A stretch of DNA of 64,000 bases from Candidatus Saccharimonadia bacterium (lineage in GTDB: Bacteria; Patescibacteriota; Saccharimonadia; Saccharimonadales; 2-12-FULL-41-12), in NCBI GenBank assembly GCA_963717365.1, contig OY970327.1, positions 139,599 through 203,598 on the forward strand, in the 5' to 3' direction. This document shows positions 28,239-35,983 of the stretch, piece after piece. The notes under the pieces are model-generated. The model was not told where the DNA came from, made no database searches, and saw only the letters and a list, made by a program, of their open reading frames with translations. The position numbers and the translations under genes are program-made. Within the stretch, counting starts at the first letter, position 1. The number at the start of each line of letters is the position of its first letter.

Positions 28239-28270
28239 AAATGACAGACTACATATGTCTGTCATTTTTA
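28239..28270 (+). terminator. Intrinsic terminator
   Basis: aatgacagac-tacatat-gtctgtcatt followed by ttt. Confidence 0.7.
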
Positions 28271-28282
28271 ATTATCAGGTTT

Positions 28283-28350
28283 TAAATTCGGGGGTTACTG
28301 GGGGATGACTTAATTTGGTGGCTGGATTGCCAGAAAAAAAGTCACCCCCC
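28283..28350 (-). repeat. Conserved hairpin element, copy 1 (3' of the vWA gene); left arm of an inverted pair
   Basis: Minus strand GGGGGGUGACUU...AAGUCAUCCCCC-AGUAACCCCCGAAUUUA, which aligns with 30110-30181. Confidence 0.6.
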
Positions 28351-28402
28351 ATGGGTTGTTGTTGGGACCCCGTGAGGGATCTCGTAATGCTGTTGTGCCT
28401 GG

Positions 28403-29224
28403 TTAGGCGGCGATGAGACCCTTCTGCTTGGCCGCCGCGAGATACGTTGGTACCTCGTCGAGCATGGCCTCGTAGAAGGCATTGTCCGACGTGCCGCCGA
28501 GCGATGCGAGCTGCTTGGCATCGACGTTGTCGATCAGGCGTCCGCCCTTGTCGTAGTCGACTCCGACCGGAATGTCGTCGTCGAGCGACTCCAGGTAGGC
28601 CCAGCCGCCGCGGTCGTTGCCGACGAAGATGAACTTCAGGAAGACCGCTCGGTAGCTGAGACGACGGATGACGTCGGTGGCTGCGTTCCGATCGTTGGGA
28701 GAGCCATCGGTGACGATGGTCACGAACGCCGGCGTCTGCATCGGTTTGATGGAGGGCTTGGGAGCTCCGCCACCGCGCTTCATGAAGCCACCGCCGCCGT
28801 TGGCGAAGAGGTCGCCGTTGCCGGTGATCTCCGCGACATGCTTCAGGGCGAGGGCCAGATCGGTCGAGCCGCGGGCGGTGATGCCGCTGCGCTTGACGTA
28901 CTGGTGGAAGTCGGTCAGCTTGACCAGCTTCTCCTCGATCTGATGGTCGAAGAAGATCGTTGGTACCTCGCCGTCGTCATCGACGATGACGGAGAAACCG
29001 AGCGTCCGGTCGACCGCGTCCTGTACGCTGCCGTCGCGGTACTCGTGGCTCATGGAGCCCGAGCGGTCGACGACGAGGATGCACTGCCACGCCTGGTTCG
29101 GGTTGACCTTGTTGGTCAGCATCACCTGGATGGCTGCGTTGACCTTCTTGGTCATCAAACCGCCGGTGTTCTGCTGGGCGTCAGCCGCGGCTGCCTTCTC
29201 TTTGATCGTCTTCATGTTGGCCAT
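28403..29224 (-). CDS. vWA-domain protein, TerY-like, block E
   Basis: MIDAS motif VVDRSGSMS. gaggag RBS before the ATG at 29224. Confidence 0.7.
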   Translation of the reverse strand: MANMKTIKEKAAAADAQQNTGGLMTKKVNAAIQVMLTNKVNPNQAWQCILVVDRSGSMSHEYRDGSVQDAVDRTLGFSVIVDDDGEVPTIFFDHQIEEKLVKLTDFHQYVKRSGITARGSTDLALALKHVAEITGNGDLFANGGGGFMKRGGGAPKPSIKPMQTPAFVTIVTDGSPNDRNAATDVIRRLSYRAVFLKFIFVGNDRGGWAYLESLDDDIPVGVDYDKGGRLIDNVDAKQLASLGGTSDNAFYEAMLDEVPTYLAAAKQKGLIAA

Positions 29225-29414
29225 GTGAATGGCTCCTCTCGACTTGGGAAACAGGTACAATTGTATGGATATTACCAACAACAATCTGTAAAATAACATA
29301 AACTAAGATAAATTACAATAATGTGTGAAAATGCTTGTAAAATATATAAAATAGTGTAAAATACCATTTGTATTCAGCATCCCGCTGCTTACAAAACAAA
29401 GGGGACAGATCTAC

Positions 29415-30041
29415 ATGTCACTCCAGACGAAGAAGATCCCGCTCGCCCAGGGCGACACCAAGGCACTCCCGACCAACAAGGGTCAGGTCTTCACCGCCGG
29501 TGTCGGCTGGGATCCCGCCGCGGGCCAGGACACGGTCGACCTCGACCTCTGGCTGATCCGGACGCAGAGCGACGGCAACGTCGAGTGCGCCTTCTGGGGC
29601 AACCAGAAGTGGCAGCGTCCCGATCTGGGCACCAACGGCTCCGGCAGCCCCTACATCGCGTCCCCCGAGGGAGACGTGGTCCACAAGGGCGACGACCTGA
29701 CCGGTGCCGAGTCGGACACGGGTTACGACGAGACCATCGCCCTCGACCTGTCGAAGGCGCCGGCCACCGTGACTCAGTACGCGCTGTTCGCCACGATCTA
29801 CAGCGACGCGAACGACAAGACGCTCGGCATGGCCACCAACGTCATCTGCGGCGTCAAGGAGGAGAACTCGGGCAACGAGTACACCACCGAGCTCGCCGAC
29901 GATCACGGCTTCGACCTCTCGGTCCTCATCTGCACCATCGACAACGTCGACGGCAAGTGGAAGATGACCAACAAGGACGAGGGCTACGACGACCCGATGC
30001 CGGAGATCGCCAAGAAGCTGGGCGTGGTCGGCTTCCCGTAG
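29415..30041 (+). CDS. terD: TerD-domain stress protein, block E
   Basis: GVGWD, DLDLWL, HKGDDLTGAESDTGYDETIALDL, GKWKM...GYDD. Collinear with the TerD family pattern. Confidence 0.8.
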   Translation: MSLQTKKIPLAQGDTKALPTNKGQVFTAGVGWDPAAGQDTVDLDLWLIRTQSDGNVECAFWGNQKWQRPDLGTNGSGSPYIASPEGDVVHKGDDLTGAESDTGYDETIALDLSKAPATVTQYALFATIYSDANDKTLGMATNVICGVKEENSGNEYTTELADDHGFDLSVLICTIDNVDGKWKMTNKDEGYDDPMPEIAKKLGVVGFP

Positions 30042-30109
30042 GGACGCAAGCGCTTCAGGTCTCCTGAAGAACTGCGGCGCCCTCGGTAGCTGACAAGTTC
30101 TGTCTCCTA

Positions 30110-30181
30110 GGGGGATGACTTATTTTTTTGGCCTTTCAGCCACCAATCTAAGTCATCCCCCGCTACCACCCCACGAATTTA
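30110..30181 (+). repeat. Conserved hairpin element, copy 2 (3' of terD); right arm of the inverted pair
   Basis: GGGGGAUGACUUA-(26 nt containing UGGC-N6-GCCA)-UAAGUCAUCCCCC-GCUACCACCCCACGAAUUUA. Confidence 0.6.
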
Positions 30182-30401
30182 TTCATTAATATTGATAATA
30201 TTACAAAAATACGGTACAATATCTCATGTGTGCCGTATTTTTTATGTGCACGTACCTTAACAGTGTGAGTAATAAACTACGTTTGTTGAGGAGGGTAAGC
30301 ACTTGCTATTGAGTAATATCAACTGCTTACCCTTTCCAAACTAGACAAATCTTTCTCTGACTTTCCATCTGAAGCAACGACCCAAAAGGAGCGCAGTTCC
30401 T

Positions 30402-31481
30402 GTGAGAAGCACCCTTTGGAAGTACTACAAGTACGACGTGCTGTTTGCCCTCGTGGTCACGATCGCGATCGGCTGGCAGTATGGCCTCCTGGCTGTACTC
30501 ACGTTGGGACTCGTTTCCGCCTTGGAGATCACTCTCTCTGGTGACAACGCGGTCGTCAACGCCCGAGTACTGGCCAAGATGAGCCCGTTCTGGCAGAAGA
30601 TGTTCATCACCATCGGCTACCTCATCGCCGTCGTTGGCATGCGGTTCGTCTTCCCAATCCTGATCGTGTCGCTGACCGCCGGACTTGGCTTCACCGAAGT
30701 CATCAACCTGGCATTCACCGACGTCGACACGTACGGAGACAAGCTGCATGACGCGCACGGCGAGATCGCCATGCTCGGCGGCATCTTCCTGTTGCTGGTC
30801 TTCCTGAACTACATGTTCGAAGAGAAGGAGACCACGTGGCTGGGACCGCTTGAGCGTCTGCTCGCACGCGGCGGCAAGCACGACAGTCTGTCGTACTTGA
30901 TCGCTGCGGTAGCGATTCTGGTGCTCAGCGCAACGCTCGGTGCAGACAAGCAGTATCCCGTGATGTTCGCTGGTTTCATCAGCTTGGCCGCCTTCATGGC
31001 AGTCAACATCTTCGCCGCGGCTTTCGAGCCAGAAGACGACGACGATGACATCGAGACGGTCAAGAGCAAGGTCGTTCAGAGGACGGGCATGGCGGCTTTC
31101 GGGCTGTTCATGTACCTGGAGTTTCAGGATGCTTCGTTCTCGTTCGACGGCGTGTCTGGCGCGTTCGCCATCACCGACAACATCGTCCTGATCACCGCTG
31201 GCCTGGCCATCGGCGCTCTGGCGGTTCGCTCGATGACGCTGCACCTGCTGCACACCAACAAGCTGGCCGAGTTCAAGTACCTCGAGCACGGCGCGCACTG
31301 GGCCATCGGCTCACTCGCCGTTTGTCAGCTGCTGACGATCCATTACCCGATCCCCGAGCCCCTCACCGGACTCATCGGCATCGTGTTCATCGGTCTCGCC
31401 ATCTGGTGGAGCAAGCGGGAAGAGAAGAAGGAAGCAGCCGAGCTGGCAGCAACTCCCGACCTGATGGTCGAGAAGGACTAG
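30402..31481 (+). CDS. DUF475 / TerC-like integral membrane protein, block F
   Basis: LEITLSGDNAVVNA and LEFQDASFSFDGVSGAFAIT paired motifs, multi-TM. Confidence 0.7.
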   Translation: MRSTLWKYYKYDVLFALVVTIAIGWQYGLLAVLTLGLVSALEITLSGDNAVVNARVLAKMSPFWQKMFITIGYLIAVVGMRFVFPILIVSLTAGLGFTEVINLAFTDVDTYGDKLHDAHGEIAMLGGIFLLLVFLNYMFEEKETTWLGPLERLLARGGKHDSLSYLIAAVAILVLSATLGADKQYPVMFAGFISLAAFMAVNIFAAAFEPEDDDDDIETVKSKVVQRTGMAAFGLFMYLEFQDASFSFDGVSGAFAITDNIVLITAGLAIGALAVRSMTLHLLHTNKLAEFKYLEHGAHWAIGSLAVCQLLTIHYPIPEPLTGLIGIVFIGLAIWWSKREEKKEAAELAATPDLMVEKD

Positions 31482-31508
31482 CCAGCCGCGGCTGACGAAA
31501 AGTGATGA

Positions 31509-31547
31509 GGGTGTGGTCTCTAATGCTCCGCAAAGGAGACCACACCC
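31509..31547 (+). terminator. GC-rich hairpin terminator
   Basis: gggtgtggtctc-(15 nt)-gagaccacaccc, flanked by gaaaag/cttttc. Confidence 0.5.
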
Positions 31548-31610
31548 CGCGCTTTTCGCCTTCTCAATTTTACTCACACTGTTATCTACCACCTTATTAC
31601 AACTAGTATC

Positions 31611-31652
31611 TAAACAAAAAAGAAGCCGTGCTGTATAGCCCGGCTTCTTTTT
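31611..31652. terminator. Bidirectional intrinsic terminator
   Basis: aaaaaa-agaagccg-(12 nt)-cggcttct-tttt. Confidence 0.6.
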
Positions 31653-31665
31653 AAGTCTGAGTATT

Positions 31666-31941
31666 TTACTCTTCTGTGTGTGGTTGGGGAACATCCGCAA
31701 CTAAGTACAATGTCTGTCTTCCTAGTTGATGAGTACCTCCGCCCATACTGTTTGTGCCCAGATTATTAATCTCTACTAGTGCGTGACTGCCAACTATTTT
31801 ACCGTCCTTGGCTGCTGCGTCTTCATAAGCTGCCTTAATATCAGCAGCTACATCTTCCGTGCTGCGTTCATCTATAGAATCATTTTCATCCCACTCTGCG
31901 AATAAGTGGGGACTCTTAATAACGTGTACTTCAAATGGCAT
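31666..31941 (-). CDS. Hypothetical small protein
   Basis: aggag RBS before the ATG at 31941. Confidence 0.4.
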   Translation of the reverse strand: MPFEVHVIKSPHLFAEWDENDSIDERSTEDVAADIKAAYEDAAAKDGKIVGSHALVEINNLGTNSMGGGTHQLGRQTLYLVADVPQPHTEE

Positions 31942-32130
31942 AGTAAATAAACTCCTAAAATTATGACTATAATTATAGCACATTGATATGATAGTGTCAA
32001 TATCAATATCATTATCGTCTAGGTTAGTCAAGCAGAAAAAACACGTAATAACTACTTGTATAGGAAAGAATATAATTTAGAAAACTATAATTGACAAATA
32101 TACAATACAATAATATAATGTAAGTTGATT

Positions 32131-32856
32131 ATGACTGAAAAATTAGTATCACCTCCAGAAGTGATGTTACGTTCACCCGACGTAGCAACGGTGAGTTTTG
32201 ACCTATGGCTGACCTTATTATCGTATCCTGATACAACTTTTCGGGATTGTCGTAATAAATTAGTGCAAGATATACTTGCGCCTGAGATGTCACCTGAAGA
32301 ATTTACCGCCACACTGCATACCCAAGATAAAATAGCCGATAATCTTGCTGAAGACCGAGAGTCAGACGTAACGTTTAACGAGCGCATCAATCGACTAGCC
32401 GCCGCGCTTGGAAAACCAGAACCAACACACGAAGAGCTAATATACTTATATTCTGAACAGGGTAAATTACTTGAAGAACATCCGCCGGTGCTGATTGAGC
32501 CGGAATTGCCGGATTATTTGGATGAGCTGGGTGAGAATCATGGTTTGGCTGTAATTAGCAACACGGGATTCTTACATGGTGACCAGATGAGAAAAGCACT
32601 TGGACAACTAGGTATTAGGGATATGTTTTCTGCTATTATCTTCTCTAATGAAGTTGGAAAGGCAAAACCGCATCCAGCAATTTTCCAAGAACTTACTAGC
32701 CTGAGTAACCAATCTCCTGAAAAAATTGTCCATATTGGCGATAATCGTAAAGCCGATTACCAAGGCGCCTTAGCGGCTGGCATGTCGGCAATACATATTC
32801 CTAGGCGCAGCGGAGTAATTACTGTTTTAAGGGAAACATTGCAACAGGAACACTAA
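32131..32856 (+). CDS. HAD-superfamily hydrolase-like protein
   Basis: VSFDLWLTLL (variant motif I), VISNTG, K...IGDNRKAD. Confidence 0.6.
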   Translation: MTEKLVSPPEVMLRSPDVATVSFDLWLTLLSYPDTTFRDCRNKLVQDILAPEMSPEEFTATLHTQDKIADNLAEDRESDVTFNERINRLAAALGKPEPTHEELIYLYSEQGKLLEEHPPVLIEPELPDYLDELGENHGLAVISNTGFLHGDQMRKALGQLGIRDMFSAIIFSNEVGKAKPHPAIFQELTSLSNQSPEKIVHIGDNRKADYQGALAAGMSAIHIPRRSGVITVLRETLQQEH

Positions 32857-32858
32857 TC

Positions 32859-33722
32859 ATGGATATTTATAAAGTTTCAACACATACCATAATCCCGCAA
32901 GAGGACGGTAGTCTTAGGCTGGAAAATGGCGATCCGTTTGATGCCGAAGCCTACAGTCTCATGAAATATGGCGATAGTCGGAGCGCCCAAATATATGGCA
33001 GTGAGCTCGGGCAAACTTTAATCGATGAAGTGACTGATTCGGTGAGCGGTGACCGCGCCGTATTTACTGTCCCTGCATTTACGTATGCTCCTAAACCAGC
33101 TCTAGCAATTGCCAGAGCAGCCTTAACTCATGTGAATGAATATCGTACCAGTAAGGGTCTAGAACCAGCCAGAATGATGCGTATGCATACCGATCAAATG
33201 GGAACTACAGCTTATGCACAGTCAAGTCTTGAAATGCGCGAAGCAGAAGTTAAGAAATGGCCTACCCAGCACCATATCCCCGCAAGTCTGGTAGAAGATG
33301 CCATTGTCTTTGCGGTTGACGACTGCGTTATTACAGGAGCAACAGAAAAAAAGCTTATTAACAGATTGTCCGCCTATAATCCTGGAACTATTGTGTGTGC
33401 ATATGCGCTCAAAGTCGACCCGGAAAAAGCACTCGAATTTCCGGGAATCGAGCATGTTTTAAATGTGGCTGCCAAGCCTGATCTTGGAACAGTGCTGGAG
33501 CTTATTAATGAGCGTCACTTTACCCTAAACTCACGCGTGCTTGACATGATTCTTGACACTGAGGATATAGATGAACTTAATACGTTTCTTAGAGATTGCC
33601 CGCAAGATATTAGAGCTGATATGTACGAAGCAACGATAAATAGCAGTCTTGAATTTATCGGACGATACCCTGACGCCATAGCCCTCCTCTCGCGGTATGT
33701 GTATGCAGCTGTAACAAACTAA
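32859..33722 (+). CDS. Phosphoribosyltransferase-like protein
   Basis: PRPP-loop-like AIVFAVDDCVITGAT. Confidence 0.5.
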   Translation: MDIYKVSTHTIIPQEDGSLRLENGDPFDAEAYSLMKYGDSRSAQIYGSELGQTLIDEVTDSVSGDRAVFTVPAFTYAPKPALAIARAALTHVNEYRTSKGLEPARMMRMHTDQMGTTAYAQSSLEMREAEVKKWPTQHHIPASLVEDAIVFAVDDCVITGATEKKLINRLSAYNPGTIVCAYALKVDPEKALEFPGIEHVLNVAAKPDLGTVLELINERHFTLNSRVLDMILDTEDIDELNTFLRDCPQDIRADMYEATINSSLEFIGRYPDAIALLSRYVYAAVTN

Positions 33723-33770
33723 CTATCCCAGTCTCATAACAAAAGGAGAGGCCAAGCTAGAGGTCAGTAT

Positions 33771-34754
33771 TTATAATACGGCCCTATCAAGTACTAAGTG
33801 AGTGGGTGCCAATTTTTCGGCAACTTGTTGGATGCGCCTTTGTCTGACTGATTGCTGCAAAGCGGTAAAGTTTTCAAAATATTCAGGTCGGGTATGATGG
33901 CCATCGCTAACTACACCGGCTAAGATAGCTCGTGCGTTAGCATAAGGGACGTTAGCAACGAATTCATGGATTTGCTCAGGAGTATGAGCTGCGTCCATGA
34001 TAAAACGACAGATACGGGCATTAACTTCAAAATCAGACCGTTTGGCAATGATTTCTAGTTCACTAAGGCCCGTAACATATACTTGGTTTAAATCTGACTC
34101 AATCTTTGGATAGCGGGCTGCCAGTTCCGGGTCAATTACCGCAGCGTAACAAAATACCATGCGTCCGACACCGGCGTCTGTGAGCGCTGCTGCAAATGAT
34201 CGCTCGTTGCTACCGGTGTTTCTAACGTCATCAAAGACAATAACCGTTTTATTTGCCACATCTTTGGCGTATACCGTCGGAACATGAACGTTATTATCTT
34301 CAATGTACGTTTTTCGGTCCGCTTCGGACATCGTGCTGTAATCGCCGCTTTTTATAACTGAGCGATCTATTCTAACTAGCCCCTTTGGTGGAAAGCCAGC
34401 TGATGCAAGCTCGCCTACCATCCGTCTGGTTACATAATACGCAGCAGTAGGAACGTGTTTGTAGGCAGAAGAGGTAATGTAGTAATCATCTAAAATATCT
34501 TCACCTTCACTTTCAAGGATGTTATCTCTCTCCACTAAAAGCTTGTCGGTTACCGAAAGAGCCATATCGTTAGCCGCTTCGCCACAACCGTATTTATATA
34601 AGCTGTAAGCATGGCCGTCAAAGGGTTGGCCTGACTCAAGATCCATTACCCGTTCATTAATAATTGCTAATTTAGCTACCGTGATTTCGCTATGTCTGGA
34701 ATTTTGGGCTGTACGTTCATACATAAAATTTATCCTTGTAATTTGGTGAAACAC
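33771..34754 (-). CDS. Phosphoribosyltransferase-like protein
   Basis: PRPP-loop-like TVIVFDDVRNTGSN. Confidence 0.55.
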   Translation of the reverse strand: MFHQITRINFMYERTAQNSRHSEITVAKLAIINERVMDLESGQPFDGHAYSLYKYGCGEAANDMALSVTDKLLVERDNILESEGEDILDDYYITSSAYKHVPTAAYYVTRRMVGELASAGFPPKGLVRIDRSVIKSGDYSTMSEADRKTYIEDNNVHVPTVYAKDVANKTVIVFDDVRNTGSNERSFAAALTDAGVGRMVFCYAAVIDPELAARYPKIESDLNQVYVTGLSELEIIAKRSDFEVNARICRFIMDAAHTPEQIHEFVANVPYANARAILAGVVSDGHHTRPEYFENFTALQQSVRQRRIQQVAEKLAPTHLVLDRAVL

Positions 34755-34813
34755 GAGTTTTTTTAATCAGGAGGGCCTGAAAGGAGAAAAACTCGCAAAA
34801 ACCTAATTCTGCC

Positions 34814-35488
34814 TTACTTCTTCGCCCTCAGGGTGAACTCATGCCAGTGCACGGAGTCGCCTTCGACGCCGGCGGTGTTCGTGACGCACTGGGCGTAGTC
34901 GATCACCTGGAAGCCGGCGGCTCGGAACAGTCGTTCGATGTCGGCGCGCTGCCAGAACACGAACAAACGTGTGCTCTCCATGCCGAGTGACCGCTTGTCC
35001 CACATGAGGCGGGAGCAGAAGGGGTTGTTCTCGGGATGGTGAGCGACCGTGCAGAACGCATGGGCGTCCGGCTCGAGCACCCGGTGGGTCTCGGTCATGA
35101 CGGCAGGCAGATGCTGGCGCTCGATGTGCTGAAGCACGTTGAGGGCAAGCCAGCCGCCGAAGCTCTCGTCTGCGAAGTCGAGGGCGTCTGCAGTCATGTT
35201 CAGGATCTCGAGACTGGGGTCTCGTTCCTGCGCGAGTTCCACGAAGTGGCTGCTGATGTCGGTGCCGACGTACGAGAAACCACGAGTGTGGAGCAGGTCA
35301 GCCGGATAGGCCTCGCCGCAGCCGATCTCGAGCACGCGTGCGCCAGGCGACAGGTACCTCATGAAACGCTTGACCCAGGGGTCCCAGTACCCAGGGGGGC
35401 GCTTCCAGTCCGTGTTGTTGTAGTACTCCACGGTCTGTGCTTCGTCTGCGGACAGCTGTGTGCCTACCGCTGGCGGAAGTATTGTCAT
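34814..35488 (-). CDS. Class I SAM-dependent methyltransferase, block G
   Basis: Motif I VLEIGCGEAY. gaggagagag RBS. Confidence 0.7.
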   Translation of the reverse strand: MTILPPAVGTQLSADEAQTVEYYNNTDWKRPPGYWDPWVKRFMRYLSPGARVLEIGCGEAYPADLLHTRGFSYVGTDISSHFVELAQERDPSLEILNMTADALDFADESFGGWLALNVLQHIERQHLPAVMTETHRVLEPDAHAFCTVAHHPENNPFCSRLMWDKRSLGMESTRLFVFWQRADIERLFRAAGFQVIDYAQCVTNTAGVEGDSVHWHEFTLRAKK

Positions 35489-35520
35489 CTCTCTCCTCTG
35501 TGGGGAAAAATACCTTTAAT

Positions 35521-35549
35521 ATCATACCAAATAATTGTAAAAAATACAA
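35521..35549 (-). promoter_or_regulatory. Sigma70-like promoter facing block G
   Basis: Minus strand TTGTAT, 17-nt spacer, TATGAT, 33 nt downstream of HHR5. Confidence 0.45.
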
Positions 35550-35582
35550 GTAAGTATAATATTATATTTTTTAGCCATTATT

Positions 35583-35635
35583 TTCACTTTCGTCCTTTTG
35601 GACTCATCAGCATAAATACGCATTTATGGAGTGAA
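35583..35635 (-). ncRNA. Type III hammerhead ribozyme HHR5
   Basis: Minus strand UUCAC-UC|CAUAAAU-GCGU-AUUUAUG-CUGAUGA-GUCC-AAAA-GGAC-GAA-A-GUGAA. Confidence 0.85.
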
Positions 35636-35983
35636 GAGAGGGTAGAAAAGAAAGATTAGGGAGTCAAAAAGACTCAGTAAAAATTAATTTCTACCCCTTA
35701 TCGGTAGAGTTAGGAAGAGGTAAGAGTCAAAAAAGACCCAAAACTATCCTGTCTCAACGGCCGGGTGACAACATGCGAGCATAGCTCACGAAGTTGACAA
35801 CCCGTGCCGGCCTGGGAACCCAGGGCTTTATCTAATCTAGGCATAGACTGCCTTGTTGCGGTCAGAACCACAGACCTTCGAGTAGAACGCTGATCACGAT
35901 CGAAATCCACCTTGACGGCAGAGATCAGCTGGCACTCGCTGACGTACAGTTCGCGTGAAGCGAGTCGACGTTAGCGTTTGTGC

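Noticed and set aside
28447-30067. Overlapping ORFs in the TerY/TerD blocks (28838-29296 +, 29418-29906 -, 29585-30067 + and others)
   Set aside because: These are wrong-frame or wrong-strand translations. The vWA MIDAS and TerD motifs identify the real frames.
28283-30181. Assigning the GGGGGAUGACUU hairpin elements to a known ribozyme class (twister, pistol, hatchet, HDV-like) or calling them plain intrinsic terminators
   Set aside because: I recognise no match to the consensus features of those classes, and no U-tract follows the stem on either strand. They are left as an unclassified conserved element (see findings).
30174-30215. The shared CGAAUUU 7-mer at the ends of both hairpin elements and in HHR4 stem III, read as a truncated hammerhead 5' half
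   Set aside because: The downstream sequence lacks a CUGAUGA / GAAA core. The similarity is only 7 nt and could be chance.
30182-30401. Looked for a yybP-ykoY (Mn2+) riboswitch upstream of the TerC-like DUF475 gene, because that riboswitch commonly precedes TerC-family genes
   Set aside because: The leader has hairpins (aatacggtaca/tgtgccgtatt at about 30207-30238 and agggtaagca/tgcttaccct at about 30293-30335). I could not find the conserved GGGGAGUAG or UUGACA-type blocks from memory, so a cmsearch is needed. The first hairpin plus its T-run more likely terminates terD.
30327-31298. 323-aa minus-strand ORF opposite the DUF475 gene
   Set aside because: It is a charged, low-complexity antisense translation. 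The plus frame is a coherent multi-TM protein with paired DUF475/TerC motifs.
35036-35659. 207-aa plus-strand ORF crossing the methyltransferase block and HHR5
   Set aside because: It is antisense to a methyltransferase with a clear SAM motif, and it runs through a promoter and a ribozyme.
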